Shown in pieces: positions 52,772 through 63,999 of a stretch of 64,000 nt of DNA (within the stretch, counting starts at the first letter, position 1; the number at the start of each line of letters is the position of its first letter). A model generated the notes under the pieces. The model had not been told where the DNA came from. It was given only the letters and a program-made list of their open reading frames with translations, and searched no databases. Location: NCBI GenBank assembly GCA_023205875.1, contig CP060763.1, positions 558,001-622,000 on the forward strand, read 5' to 3'. The position numbers and the translations under genes are program-made. This DNA comes from Chloropicon primus (lineage: Eukaryota).

Positions 52772-55087
52772 ATGGCGGAGAAGGGGAGCGACTTGAAGAA
52801 AAGGATTCGCCCGACGGCGATAGTCTTGGACGACAGCGAGTGCGTGATCGTGGTGAAGTACAAGGTGGAATATGTGAAGCATCACGGCACGGACGCGGAG
52901 AGGGTGGTGGAGCGCAAGGAGGGGGTGAAGAAGATCAACGTCAAGGCCCTCAACGAGTACAGCAACATCCCACTCCTTGCGAAAGATGTGGTGAACAAGT
53001 GCAAACTCATTAAAGACTCCAAGGTGCCCCTGGTGGAGCAGCTCTTGTACAAGCTTCGAGACAGGTCCACCGGCACGCTCAAGGGCGGGAGCACGGACGA
53101 AGACAAATCCCTTCTCAAGCCGCAGCTGAACTTCCAGCAGGAGAGCGGGGCGAGCGGCAGCAACGCCTCGATCGATGACCTTGACACGTACCTTGAGTGC
53201 ATGTACGACAGTGTGCTGGAGAAGGTGGACGCCACTGGAAAGGTTGCAGAGCTTGCGGGGCGAACGGAGGATTTGGAGGCCCTCCTGATGCACGAGCCCT
53301 TGATAGGAGCCCTGTCTCGCGTGCTGAGGGAGGACGGAAAGAAGAGCATCGAGTTGTCGACCAACATCCTCACCGTGTTCTTCGCCATCTCCAACTTTTC
53401 TCAGTTCCACCAAGTCGTCTTGAAGAACCAGATTGGCGACATGACCATGAAACTCATCGACCTCGAGATCCAGAGGGCGGAGTACCTGGAGAAGCAGGAA
53501 GGCGGGTCCATCGCCCTGCTTACCTCGAAGGCGTGGAAGATAAAGGAGAGCGGAGGCATGCTGTCGGAGAAGCAGGAAAGGGTGTTGAACATCATCTACA
53601 AGCAGGACAGGTTCTTTTACATCACCTTTTACCTGCTGCTCAACATCAGCGAGGACGTTTCGATCGAGAAGAAGATCAGGAAAAGGTCCATTGTGACGTA
53701 CCTGTCGACCATGCTGAGAAGGAACAACGTGGAACTTCTCATCCTGTGCGTGACGTTCCTGAAGAAGCTGTCGATCTACAAGGAGAACAAGGAGGAAATG
53801 GTGCAGTGCGGAATCGTGGAGAAGCTCTCCAAGTTCGTGAATGCCAAGAACAATTCCCTCGTTATCCAGACGCTGAGGTTGCTTCACAACCTCTCCTTTG
53901 ACGAGAGACTCCGCGAGGAGATGGCGAGGAACAGCCTCATCCCGCAGCTGGTGGGACACATGAAGAACCCGGAGTACGAGACCCAGGTTCTGGGCCTGCT
54001 GTACCACATCTCGATTGAGGACAAGAACAAGTCCATGTTCAGCTACACGGACGCGCTGGACATCATCTACGAGCGGCTGATGAGCGTCCAGGACTGCAGA
54101 TCCACGCCCGAGTTGATTGCCTTGGCGGTGAACCTTTCTCAGAACCAAAGGAACGCGGAGGTCTTGGCGCAGTGCGGCAGACTCAATGAGTTCGTCAGGC
54201 ACACCCTGGCGAGCGAAGACGAGCTTCTGATGAAGATCGTGAGAAACATCAGTCAGCAGGAAGACATGGACCTCAAACTTCTCTTCAAGCCGTTCATCTC
54301 AGAGTTCGTGACCATGGTTCAAGAGCCGCAGCTCACCGCGGACTTCGCCCTCGAGTTGCTTGGAACCCTCGGAAACATGGTGTTGTCGGAGTTCGATTAC
54401 GAGGACCTCATCAAGGAGCGGGGCCTGATCGAGTTTCTGAGCCAGCACCTCGTGCCTGTTGAGACCGAGGACGACATGCTCCTTGAGACGGTGATTTTCA
54501 TTGGAACAATCTGCACGGAGAAGACGTCTGGTACGATACTCTCCAGTGGCATTGCCATGAAACTTTTGAATCTCTTGGAGGATAAGAAGGACGAGGAGAT
54601 CGTCTTGCAGACCGCTTTTGCCTTGCACAAGCTCCTCCTCTTTCCTCAGACAAGGGACGAGTTGCTCAACAAGACCCAAGTTCTGACGTACCTCGTGGAT
54701 TTGTTGAATGACAAGAGCGCCGAGGTGAGGCAGACTGCCGACAAGGCGTTGGACTACATCATGGACGTCAGCGAGGAGCATGCGCCCAAAATTAGGGCCA
54801 TGAAGTTCGAGACCTTCAATCAGGAGTGGATTCAGATCGTTGCAGGTAACAGCGGGGACCAAAATTCTTATCAGCCCTCGAGTGATCTCCGGGACAGCTT
54901 CGAGTACGACAACGCCGAGATGGCGGATCTCGACGACTACTCGCATGATGGTGACCACGATCCCATGGTTGATCACGAGGAGTATGACCACGGAGACTAC
55001 GTCAGCAACGCAAATGATGCCTACATGTTCCGCCGAGGCAGTGTCGTGAACGCCAACCTCGGAGCGTACACTTCGTGGCAACAGTGA
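52772..55087 (+). CDS. KAP: Kinesin-associated protein (kinesin-2 accessory subunit, FLA3/KIFAP3)
   Basis: DLDTYLECMYD, ALSRVLREDGKKSIELSTNI, FLKKLSIYKENK, KFETFNQEWI. Confidence 0.93.
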   Translation: MAEKGSDLKKRIRPTAIVLDDSECVIVVKYKVEYVKHHGTDAERVVERKEGVKKINVKALNEYSNIPLLAKDVVNKCKLIKDSKVPLVEQLLYKLRDRSTGTLKGGSTDEDKSLLKPQLNFQQESGASGSNASIDDLDTYLECMYDSVLEKVDATGKVAELAGRTEDLEALLMHEPLIGALSRVLREDGKKSIELSTNILTVFFAISNFSQFHQVVLKNQIGDMTMKLIDLEIQRAEYLEKQEGGSIALLTSKAWKIKESGGMLSEKQERVLNIIYKQDRFFYITFYLLLNISEDVSIEKKIRKRSIVTYLSTMLRRNNVELLILCVTFLKKLSIYKENKEEMVQCGIVEKLSKFVNAKNNSLVIQTLRLLHNLSFDERLREEMARNSLIPQLVGHMKNPEYETQVLGLLYHISIEDKNKSMFSYTDALDIIYERLMSVQDCRSTPELIALAVNLSQNQRNAEVLAQCGRLNEFVRHTLASEDELLMKIVRNISQQEDMDLKLLFKPFISEFVTMVQEPQLTADFALELLGTLGNMVLSEFDYEDLIKERGLIEFLSQHLVPVETEDDMLLETVIFIGTICTEKTSGTILSSGIAMKLLNLLEDKKDEEIVLQTAFALHKLLLFPQTRDELLNKTQVLTYLVDLLNDKSAEVRQTADKALDYIMDVSEEHAPKIRAMKFETFNQEWIQIVAGNSGDQNSYQPSSDLRDSFEYDNAEMADLDDYSHDGDHDPMVDHEEYDHGDYVSNANDAYMFRRGSVVNANLGAYTSWQQ

Positions 55088-55877
55088 GAGAATTCACCGA
55101 GAGGAGCCACTCGCACAAGTGATGACGATAACCATAAATCCCCCTTTCTCTCTATAAAATATAAAATCTGTAATTGTATTCTGTGTATAAACAATCGAAG
55201 CCTTGTTGTAGCCACTTCCCAGGAGAGTCTCGACTCACTTGGCTTCCTTCCTTCCCCTCTCTGTGGACTCCTCTCGCCAGCTGCTCGCAACCCGCCCGCA
55301 GATGATGACATGGATCAGAGCAAATGACTGCGCGGACGTGCTCCTTGCTTGCTTGCTTGCCCCTCCTTCCTCCCTTCCCCCGCCGCTTGATTGTACTCCT
55401 CGCCATTAGTCCCCCTCCAATTCCAATCCCAATCCTTTCCATCCGTCCCTTCCTCCCCCCCCTCTCTCTCTTTTGCCCCTTCAATGAAACAAATTACCGT
55501 TGGCCACGACGAGAAAGCCTCAGCTTGAGCAAGAGCGAGCCAAGGTCCTGTCTTGGGGCCAAGCAAGGGATTGACTTGTGTTCATCCACACGCCTTCGAG
55601 GTTTTAGCCAGAGCCAAGACGACGACTTGTCTTGGGAACCTCGCCACCACTTTGTTTTACGGGTGACACAAAGATGTCACTGAATTACAAGAATACGACT
55701 TCTGAGGCCATACCGAGGGAGACGACACGCAGGAGGAAGGCAGGTAAGTCGGGCCTCACATCAGTCGATCCTCGAAGCTCCTTCTTTGCGTCAACCAGCT
55801 CGCGTGACTAACGATGCGTGGCTTCCTTTCACTTTTCTGCCTCCCTCTCCCCCGGAACCCTTGCAGAGACCAACACG

Positions 55878-56342
55878 ATGCAAAAGTCGTTTATCCACTG
55901 CAACGAGATTATTGGAGTGCCCTTTCACATCAAGAGGACTGGATTCAAGGACCCCTTCGACCACTGCAACCGGACAGACAGGCACAACGGCGGCGAGTTT
56001 AGGACGTACCAGAGTCTGTATGGAGCGTCGCACGGGAGCGTGGACCAGAAACCAGTCAAGTTCAGAAAAGATGGCATCCCAGTGAGCGCCCAGCGCATAC
56101 CTGGGAAGCCCCTCATGTCGCCAAAGCTCCCGTCACGAGCTGACCTCAGGGCGGGGTCTCGCTACGCGAAGACTCAGCTGAAGAGCAACATCCAGCTTGG
56201 TAACCCCAACATGCACGATTCCAAGCAGTACAAGTCCATCAACAGCCTCATGTACTGCAAGCACAAGAAGAAGAAAGCCTTGAGCAACCCAGGAATAGCC
56301 GCAGAGATCTCGAAAAGGGCTCACCAGAAGGTGTGGGGTTAG
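55878..56342 (+). CDS. Small basic hypothetical protein (154 aa) with a 5'UTR intron at 55744-55866
   Basis: GTAAGT..GACTAAC..TTGCAG intron just before the ATG; coding-like codon usage. Confidence 0.65.
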   Translation: MQKSFIHCNEIIGVPFHIKRTGFKDPFDHCNRTDRHNGGEFRTYQSLYGASHGSVDQKPVKFRKDGIPVSAQRIPGKPLMSPKLPSRADLRAGSRYAKTQLKSNIQLGNPNMHDSKQYKSINSLMYCKHKKKKALSNPGIAAEISKRAHQKVWG

Positions 56343-56433
56343 GCGCAACCACAGAAGCAAGGGCTCTTTGCCTTGCTGCTGCTGTATAATACTTAGTCCA
56401 CTTTATAAATAAGCTTGTTACCATAAAATAGTT

Positions 56434-58041
56434 TCACATTGAACAAATGTTCACCTTGCCCGCCGCGTTCAGCAACCGCCAGACGTACTTTTCGCCCTTC
56501 CAGTCGTGCCACTTCTGGCCGCTCCTGGCGCGCGTTTGGGCGCTCGCTCTCGTCTTCTCCTGAGAAAGAGCCGCGCCGTAATGATCGGCACCGCCCTTGT
56601 CTGCGGCATTGTAAGTCGTTATGCCGTACATGGAGATGGAGTCGCAGATACTGGCAAGGAACATGACGGCGTGGCCACCACTGGTGAGCTGCCTCCACTC
56701 CCCGAAAGGGCCGACCCCAAGTCGATACAGGTTTTTCCTCATGTCCTTCACAGCTCCGGCAAGGACTTTGGCTTGCCTCAGATCCATGTTCATAATCGGA
56801 TTGCCCGGGAAACGTTTCTTGCAGTTGCTCATGATCTCCGATTGGCTGCCGGGGTACCAAATCAGTACCCCCGTGCCGTTCTGCTTCAGCTTTCCCTCCG
56901 GGAAGTTTCCCCTGCAGCACAGAGCCAGGCTCCGGCGATGATTGGCCACCCTCAGGGATGTTCGGCTCCCTACGTACTCCTGAAAGGGCTGGACGGGCTG
57001 GACGTTGAACCGAACCACGAACTCGTGGTTATCGATGTACTGCCCGTATTTCTTCTCGCTCAGATGCCCAGCATTGCCGACAATCGCGCAAGTCTTGTAG
57101 CGCTTGAACCCCTTCCCGATCTTCCCGATGGCCTTGAGCTTGTTTGGTAGAGTCATGATGCTGTCCAGTTTGTTAGCGATTTTCCTCGTCTCGCAGTTGC
57201 AGTGCTTGATGTTCTGCAAGCATTTCACGAGGTCCTCCTCCCCCGGCTTCACGTTCTTCTTGATATTTGGGCCGGCTCCATCATTCTCGTGCATGACTTT
57301 CGTCCAGTGCTTCTTGTTGCAACCCGTGCCGGTCATAGTGTAACCGGTCGTCCTGTGCTGCAACCGCCGTCTCTGTGCTGCCGTGCTGTTAGAGAGGCCC
57401 TCCCCGTCATCGCCATCAAGAAGCTCCTCCTCCTCCTCCTCCTCTTCCCCCTCGCCCTCCTCTTCCCCTGACGCCTCGAGCTCCTCGCCGTCCACGGCAA
57501 GGTTGCTCCCCTCGACCCCGCTCTCCAGGCCACCTGTTCCCTCAGCCACCACCACGTTGCCCTTGCCCCCCGATGCCTCCGGTGCCTTCCCTTGGCCTGG
57601 CGCGGGCTCGTCGCCGCAACCATCGACGAATGCTACCGAGGGGAGGAGCTCGAGCGGCGCCCCTCCACATATCCCCAAGTTCACCTTGCTGGGGTCAGAG
57701 TGCAGCTTGATCGTTTTCTCCTTTCCAATCTTTAGGCTCCCCTTCTCCCTCTCTTTCACGAACTCGTTGGGAGCATCACCTGCGCTCTTCGGCTTCTTCT
57801 TTTTCTTCTTCTTTGGCGACGATGCGCTGGTATCGGAGAAGTCAGTGCTCACTGGAGCCAAGGCAGGTGACACCAGCATGCTCTTGGGAAGCAAGTTCGT
57901 GTCCGTGTCCAAGGCCGTGAAGTACAGAGGCTTCAGCACGATGAACGCAAACCACAACGCAACGAGACATGGAACGCAAAGCACGCCAGTGATCACCCTC
58001 CGTGCGCCCGGTCCGAACTCGTCCAGCTTCAGTCCGAACAT
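56434..58041 (-). CDS. GT29 sialyltransferase-like type II membrane protein
   Basis: TM anchor; motif L TCAIVGNAG..IDNHEFVVRFN..VGSRT, motif S LTSG..CDSISMYG, motif VS HDWKGE. Confidence 0.9.
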   Translation of the reverse strand: MFGLKLDEFGPGARRVITGVLCVPCLVALWFAFIVLKPLYFTALDTDTNLLPKSMLVSPALAPVSTDFSDTSASSPKKKKKKKPKSAGDAPNEFVKEREKGSLKIGKEKTIKLHSDPSKVNLGICGGAPLELLPSVAFVDGCGDEPAPGQGKAPEASGGKGNVVVAEGTGGLESGVEGSNLAVDGEELEASGEEEGEGEEEEEEEELLDGDDGEGLSNSTAAQRRRLQHRTTGYTMTGTGCNKKHWTKVMHENDGAGPNIKKNVKPGEEDLVKCLQNIKHCNCETRKIANKLDSIMTLPNKLKAIGKIGKGFKRYKTCAIVGNAGHLSEKKYGQYIDNHEFVVRFNVQPVQPFQEYVGSRTSLRVANHRRSLALCCRGNFPEGKLKQNGTGVLIWYPGSQSEIMSNCKKRFPGNPIMNMDLRQAKVLAGAVKDMRKNLYRLGVGPFGEWRQLTSGGHAVMFLASICDSISMYGITTYNAADKGGADHYGAALSQEKTRASAQTRARSGQKWHDWKGEKYVWRLLNAAGKVNICSM

Positions 58042-58346
58042 ACTTGCAAAGATCACTCCACTCCACTTCACTCACTCACTCACTCACGGTGGTGTGCTCT
58101 CGATTCGCCATAGTTCGATACAAGTTGTACTGAGTTGTGTTGTGTCCCACCAAGGTCCAGCAAGGTTGACGGGAGATACTTGAACGCCAGGTTCAGCGGA
58201 CTTCCTCGGCAGTGGAGTCTTCTTCAGTCCTGGTGCTTGCTCCTGTGCGTGCAAGACTCGGACCTTGGTTCGCTGGGGACGGATCTTGGAATTTTGGAGA
58301 ATAATATTTAGTATTTTCTGCTAAACTAAATTGATGGATGGATTAT

Positions 58347-60236
58347 TTAGCGAGCATCGAGGTTATCCACGAAGTTGTTGATGTCCAGGTCCTCCTTCTC
58401 CATGCTGAGAAAGTTCTGCAGTTTCCGATTGAGCTCCTCGTTGGCGTCCTGCTCTTTCTTGAGCAGGGCCATCAGCTGATTCATTTTGTCCAGGGAAACG
58501 TTGAGGGAGCCAACGAGTTCGGTCTTTCCTGGCTCCGTGGAGGCCTCGACCGGGACCGGCGATTCGCTGAAGGTCTCCTCGATGAGCTTGTCCGACTTTT
58601 CCCTTTCGGAGAGCTTGGATCTCAAGCCCTCGTTCTCGGACCGGATCTCCTTGTTTTGCTCCTCGAGGTCCTCAATGATGTCGTTCAGAGTCTTTGTCGG
58701 AACGGACTCCAGCTCGCCCACCTTAGCCTCGAGAACTTCTTTCTCCTTGGTGATCCTCTGGACCTCGTCCTTGGTGTAAGAAAGCTGCTGCTCCATGTCG
58801 AACAAGGCGCTGGCGAAGTCCTGGGTCTTCTCCACGAGCTCCAACTCGAGCCTCCTCTTGTCGCTCGAGGCTTCGTTCAACCTCAGCTTGAGCTCCTCGG
58901 TGTTTGTGGACTGCTCGTCCATCATGTCCTTCAGGGCCTCCTTCAGGGTGGACATCTCCGTCTCCAGGTGCTCGATGTGGGCGTCCTTTCTCGAGTTCGG
59001 GGTCATCGCGACCTCGATCTCGTGCGTCTCCAGCTGCTTCGACGACCGCGTCGAAGGTGTCCTAGGTAATACAGTTACATCCTCAAGCCCTCGTGGGAGC
59101 TCACCTATCGCCATGCTCGATTCTCCCCCGCCATTGGCTGCCTGATGGATCTCCTCCTCCGCGGCCTTTTTGCTCAACGCCAGAAGCTTTTCGCCCCTCG
59201 TTGGACCCGCTGGGTTGTCCTCTCCCGTGAAATGCATCACCAGCTTCACGTCCTGAGGCAGAGACTTCTTGCACTTGTCCAGGTCAGCCTTCATCGCAAC
59301 CACGCGGTTCGTGGACGGGATGAATGCAGTGTTCACCCAAGCCGAAAAGAGAAAGTTCTTCTTCTTCATCTTCTTCTTGTACACCACGACCTTGATATCG
59401 CCCTCGAACTCCTGCGCCTTGTTCTCCTCGAAGATGGCCTTGTGAGTCGACCCGGCTATCTTTGCCTTGACGTTCTGTATCCGCTTCTTCGTGTTCTCGT
59501 CGATGGTGTAGCACTGGGACTCCTTCTTGGTGAATGACGCCTCGAACTTCATCACGCTGTACGGGGAAAGGGTGTCGTGAGCCCTCTCATAAATCACGAC
59601 AAATGTCTCCATGCCCACGGGGAGCGAACTAATGTAGAACTTCAGGAGCTTTGTCTTTCTCGAATTCGGGAACCCCTTGTCCAGAACGGTGTTGTAGTAC
59701 CTGATGAACCTCTTTTGGCTCGGGATCGTCACGCCCTTTCCGTCCTTGGTCCTCTTGTCCCCGTAGTACTCCATGGCTTGTGCCGGGCTGTTGAAGCGCC
59801 CCGAGTACAAAAGGTAGGCGCAAATCATGAGCCCCGTGCGCCCTTTCCCTGCCTTGCAGTGCACCGCAACGACGTTGGAAGAATTGGCCTTGAGGAACTC
59901 GTCCACGCTGCGGCAGAACTTATGTATCAGGCCAATGGGCGGGGCCTGGTGGTCCTCGAAGGGAAAGCACTCCACCTGGTCGTTGAACTTCCCGTGGTCA
60001 TACTGCCTGTCCTTCTCGCAGCAAAGGTTGTAGACTTTGTAGTTGTCCCCATGGAAGTGGTTCAAAAACTTCTTGGTCTGCTTCCAGGGGTTCCTGTACA
60101 TGTATTCCTTGCCACTCGACGGGAACCCCATGGCGATAATCCTGTCTGTAATGTACGCCAAGTCCAAGTTGAAACCATTTCCTATGTACCTGCGCTTCTC
60201 CAGAGAGACGGCCGACCTGCAGGGGTTGAAACACAT
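58347..60236 (-). CDS. PTEN-like phosphatase (PTP, C2 and coiled-coil tail)
   Basis: LDLAYITDRIIAMGFPS, HCKAGKGRTG, GVTIPSQKRFIRY. The start codon is uncertain. Confidence 0.9.
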   Translation of the reverse strand: MCFNPCRSAVSLEKRRYIGNGFNLDLAYITDRIIAMGFPSSGKEYMYRNPWKQTKKFLNHFHGDNYKVYNLCCEKDRQYDHGKFNDQVECFPFEDHQAPPIGLIHKFCRSVDEFLKANSSNVVAVHCKAGKGRTGLMICAYLLYSGRFNSPAQAMEYYGDKRTKDGKGVTIPSQKRFIRYYNTVLDKGFPNSRKTKLLKFYISSLPVGMETFVVIYERAHDTLSPYSVMKFEASFTKKESQCYTIDENTKKRIQNVKAKIAGSTHKAIFEENKAQEFEGDIKVVVYKKKMKKKNFLFSAWVNTAFIPSTNRVVAMKADLDKCKKSLPQDVKLVMHFTGEDNPAGPTRGEKLLALSKKAAEEEIHQAANGGGESSMAIGELPRGLEDVTVLPRTPSTRSSKQLETHEIEVAMTPNSRKDAHIEHLETEMSTLKEALKDMMDEQSTNTEELKLRLNEASSDKRRLELELVEKTQDFASALFDMEQQLSYTKDEVQRITKEKEVLEAKVGELESVPTKTLNDIIEDLEEQNKEIRSENEGLRSKLSEREKSDKLIEETFSESPVPVEASTEPGKTELVGSLNVSLDKMNQLMALLKKEQDANEELNRKLQNFLSMEKEDLDINNFVDNLDAR

Positions 60237-60515
60237 CTTGCCGAATATCTTCGAGCACCTTTGGGCCTTCGGTTCGATCCTCTGCGCCCCGTTCCTCGCC
60301 GACCTCGCTTCCAAGACTGCCGAAAGAGGTGGAACGGGGACGCAACGGAAAAGAAAGAATTTGACCAGAGGAGAAGATAACAAAAACGAAAAGGAGATGA
60401 GGAGGAGGGAGCATCAGGGAGCGCGAGAAAGTGTGTGGGACAGAAGGAGAGGATCACGATGTGTGGATTAATGTGTGACGATTCGGTGATATGATGATCG
60501 ATGATCCGATCCACC

Positions 60516-62072
60516 TCAGTAGTTCTGCTGCTTTGTCTCCTGGCGCGCCAGCAACTTTGTGTCCACGCCGGACTCCCTCCCCAGCGCGATACGGCCGGTC
60601 CTGGCCACCTCCAGGATGTCGTAGGGCTTGAGCATCTTCTGGAAAGCCGACATTTTGTCCAAGCTTCCCTCGATCTCGATGGTGATGCTTCCCTCGCTGA
60701 TGTCGCAGATCTTGGACCTGAATATCTCGGTCAGGTCGAGGATCTCCCGCCTCTGCTTCACGCTGCACTTGCACTTGATCAGCATGAGCTCCCTGCTCAC
60801 GTAGGGCATGTGCGTGAGGTCCTGGACCTTCACGCAGTGCACGAGCTTCAGCAGCTGCTTGCAGAGGTTGTCGATGGAGGACTCCGTTCCCGGAACCACG
60901 AGGCTGATCCTGGAGAGGCCCTCCCTCGCGGCGTGCCCGACGGCGAGGGACTGGATGTTGTAGCCCCTTCTGGCGAACATGCTGGTCACCTCCTGCAGCA
61001 CTCCAGGGATGTCTTGCACGAGGAGCGACACGGTGTGCCGCTCCATTCCCTCCTCCTCGAGCTCGGCCTCCACGCTGCTCTCGCTCTCGTTCGGCAGGTA
61101 TCCAACCTCCCAAACGCCGCGAGAGACGTCCTCGTCAAGCATGTACACGTCGCCACCCTTGTCCTCCTCGACCAGGTCGACTTCCGCGGCTCGGCCATCG
61201 CTCTCTTCGGGATCCTCCCACTCGCTAGTGTCTTGGCCTTCCACTCCAGACCCCCCCAACTTCTTCTTCAGCTTCTTCTTCTTCTTCCTCGCCTTCTCCT
61301 CCGCGGGGCTGTCCTGAATGGTCTTCATCCCCCTCTTCAAGGCGATCTTACCGGTTCGAGCGACCTCCATGACGCCAAACCGATTCAGGGCGAGCTGGAG
61401 AGCCTCCGTCTTCCCCGGGTCGCCCGCCGCGCTCAGGATGACCGAGCCCGCGCTCAGGTCGACCACCTTGGCTCGGAATATTTCCGCCGTCTGCAAGATC
61501 TCGTTCTTCTCCGACGACGACGACGCCCTCACCTTGATCAGCAGCAGCTCCCTCTCGAGCCTCTCGAGGGACGTCACGTCTTGCACGTACTTCACCTTGA
61601 CCAGCTTGGAAATCTGCTTCACCAGGTTGTTCATGGCGCGGGTCGTGCAGTTCACCACCACCGTGAAGAGGGCCTTGTCCACGTTCAGACCCACGGCGAG
61701 GGACTCGATGTTAAAACCCCTCCTGGAGAAAACGCCCGAAACCCTGTTGATGATACCGCTCTCGTCGCCCACGAATATGAGCAGAGTGTGCTTCTTCACC
61801 CCCTCGCTCAGGGGCACGCGCTCCACCAGGTACACGTCTCCGCCCCTCTCGTCCATGGAGTCCAGGCCGCTCTCCACATCGGTGCTGTCTTGGGGCCTCG
61901 CCCCCATGGGCGTCTCGCCCAGATTTCCCAGCCTACCTCGGACATGCTGCGGTGCACGTGACCAGACGTGACTTCGTCCGCTTCTATTTCCCAGCCCCCT
62001 CCTCCTCCCGAGGCACACCCCTCGCGCACCACGCCCACCTCCCACCACGCACCTCCCCTCCGCCGTCTTCAT
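60516..62072 (-). CDS. ilvH: Acetohydroxyacid synthase regulatory subunit (duplicated ACT domains, plastid)
   Basis: Two repeats: FSRRGFNIESLAVG and FARRGYNIQSLAVG; EVARTG twice. Confidence 0.95.
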   Translation of the reverse strand: MKTAEGRCVVGGGRGARGVCLGRRRGLGNRSGRSHVWSRAPQHVRGRLGNLGETPMGARPQDSTDVESGLDSMDERGGDVYLVERVPLSEGVKKHTLLIFVGDESGIINRVSGVFSRRGFNIESLAVGLNVDKALFTVVVNCTTRAMNNLVKQISKLVKVKYVQDVTSLERLERELLLIKVRASSSSEKNEILQTAEIFRAKVVDLSAGSVILSAAGDPGKTEALQLALNRFGVMEVARTGKIALKRGMKTIQDSPAEEKARKKKKKLKKKLGGSGVEGQDTSEWEDPEESDGRAAEVDLVEEDKGGDVYMLDEDVSRGVWEVGYLPNESESSVEAELEEEGMERHTVSLLVQDIPGVLQEVTSMFARRGYNIQSLAVGHAAREGLSRISLVVPGTESSIDNLCKQLLKLVHCVKVQDLTHMPYVSRELMLIKCKCSVKQRREILDLTEIFRSKICDISEGSITIEIEGSLDKMSAFQKMLKPYDILEVARTGRIALGRESGVDTKLLARQETKQQNY

Positions 62073-62732
62073 GACCCTTCCCTCCACTTCCTTGCGCAGC
62101 AACAACCCAACAAACAAAACACCTCCCCTCCCTTCCCCTCCCCTCCCCTTCCTCCAGCCGTCGCCCAGATCCCTCCCCTCACCGCCCACGACGACGACAA
62201 GCCAGCAAAAGGTATCAATCGAAAGCTCTCGAGAAGCACTTTTCTTTGGTGGAGGCCCCTCTCGCCCCTCCCTCCCTCCTCAAACGCACGCGCGCGCGGA
62301 AAACGTGCCGGCCCGCCGATCGATCACGATCGCCTCCGCTTCGAAAGCCAATTTGGATAAGAGAGCAGCAGAGGAGAGATACTGGAGGTGACCGCAGGTG
62401 AGTCAGGGGACAAGGCAGGAGGGGAAGGGCTACAGAGAGGGAGGGAAGGGGGAAACACGGAACCGACGCCTCCCATCTCTTGATCTCTTGCTCGCGCTCT
62501 CTCGAAAGAGCTCTCCCTTGGAAGGACGGGACGACTGAAGCGCGAGTGGTTGTTTTCTTTCTGCTGCTGCTGCTGATGATGATGATGACGTTGATGATGG
62601 TTGCGAGGAGGTAGGGGAGAAGGAGGGGCGTGGCCTCGCGGGCTGCAGGGAAGGGACGGAGGAGTCGTGCGCACGGGAGGCGAGGTGGGAAGGTTGCGCG
62701 GAGACGGAGGCGGGCGGACGGAGAGGTCAGGT

Positions 62733-63838
62733 ATGGTGGCACCTCGCCACTGGAAGTGCGGTGGAGTTGTCCGGGAGGCAGGGGGGTTCGGAGGAGGGAT
62801 GAGGGTCGTGCACGGGTCAGTGAGGAGGCGGAGGACGGGGGGGAGGCCAGGGGTGTGCTTCTTCGTGGAGAGCAGGGCGACGACGGGGTCGTCTGCTGGA
62901 CAGCGGGGGGGTTCGGGGGGCAGCCGGACATCCAAGGTGGTGGTGAAGACGGTGCAAGAGCCTGTGGTGAGCGCGAGACCCGCCGCCGGCGTCACGGGCT
63001 TGGGGCTCATCAACACCGCGCTCCTGGCGGTAGCAACCTCCGCCTTCGTTGCCGCGAGCTGGACCTTTCGGTCGACCATGAAGACGTTCGACCAAGCTTG
63101 CTTGGACACTACGGAAGCCATGAGGGCGACGGAGAGGGCCTCCAAGGAGGTCGAGATCCTGTCGCTTCAGCTGGAAAGGGAAATTCCAGAGACCTTGTCG
63201 TCCGTGGAAAGCGCCTCCGAGGAGCTCGAGGTTCTCGCGCAGGGTCTGCAGTTCATCACGGGGTCCGTCAACAAGAGGATACGGGAGCCCGTCCAGGACG
63301 CGGTGGCGCTGACGGTGGACACTTCGACCAACGTGATGAAGAGAGTTCCGAACGACTTGCAGTTCGTCTCCGAAGTGGCCACGACGGTGCTGGCGGAGTG
63401 GAGAGCAAGGCTTGGCGACACCATCGGAAATATAGACACGGGCTACTTCAGGCAGAAGGCAACGACCAAGGCGCAGAGGGAAGCCATAGATTGGATAGCG
63501 TCCTGGAGGGCAAGGACTGCGGCGATGGAGGAGGAGGCTCAGGAAGCGGAGGACTCGGGTTCGGAAATCCCTGCCCCGCCAGCGGAGGAGGTCATCCCGA
63601 GAAAGGAATTGGTAAGAAGTTTCGTTTCGTTGTTTGCTTTTTACAGGGTCCGGAAGCTGACACACGCCGCCGCAACAATTGTACTTTCTTCTTCGCAATG
63701 ATTCCCTGCTAGGCCGAGAACAAGGTCGCGATGGCTCTCTCTGCCGCGGAAGATGCTGCGGCGCAAGCTGAGATCGCTTCTGGCCGGCTGGAAAAAGCGA
63801 TGCTAGAATACGAGTCCCTCTCGAGTTACAGCGAGTAG
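62733..63838 (+). CDS. Probable plastid membrane protein with coiled coil (DUF948-like); intron 63612-63712
   Basis: TM (LINTALLAVATSAFVAA) followed by ERASKEVE..EIPETLSSV. GTAAGA..CTGAC..TAG intron. The start codon is uncertain. Confidence 0.6.
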
Positions 63839-63852
63839 GACCCCCCGTCCCT

Positions 63853-63999
63853 TCAACTGCTGAAAAACCTCAGCTTTCCGTCATATGTTGCGGCCACGAG
63901 CTGGGGGTGGATGGGATGGAAGCAAACATCCCCCACGATGTCACTGATGCCTTGGCGGAGCTTACGTATAACGGTGCCCATCCGGACGTCGTACAGATA
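63853..63999 (-). CDS. 3' end of a WD40 protein (WDR27-like); 5' part lies outside the window
   Basis: Manual translation YLYDVRMGTVIRKLRQGISDIVGDVCFHPIHPQLVAATYDGKLRFFSS*. Confidence 0.7.
   Translation of the reverse strand, partial: YLYDVRMGTVIRKLRQGISDIVGDVCFHPIHPQLVAATYDGKLRFFSS

Noticed and set aside
55300..55345. ATGATGA as a snoRNA box C
   Set aside because: No suitably placed box D or terminal stem was found.
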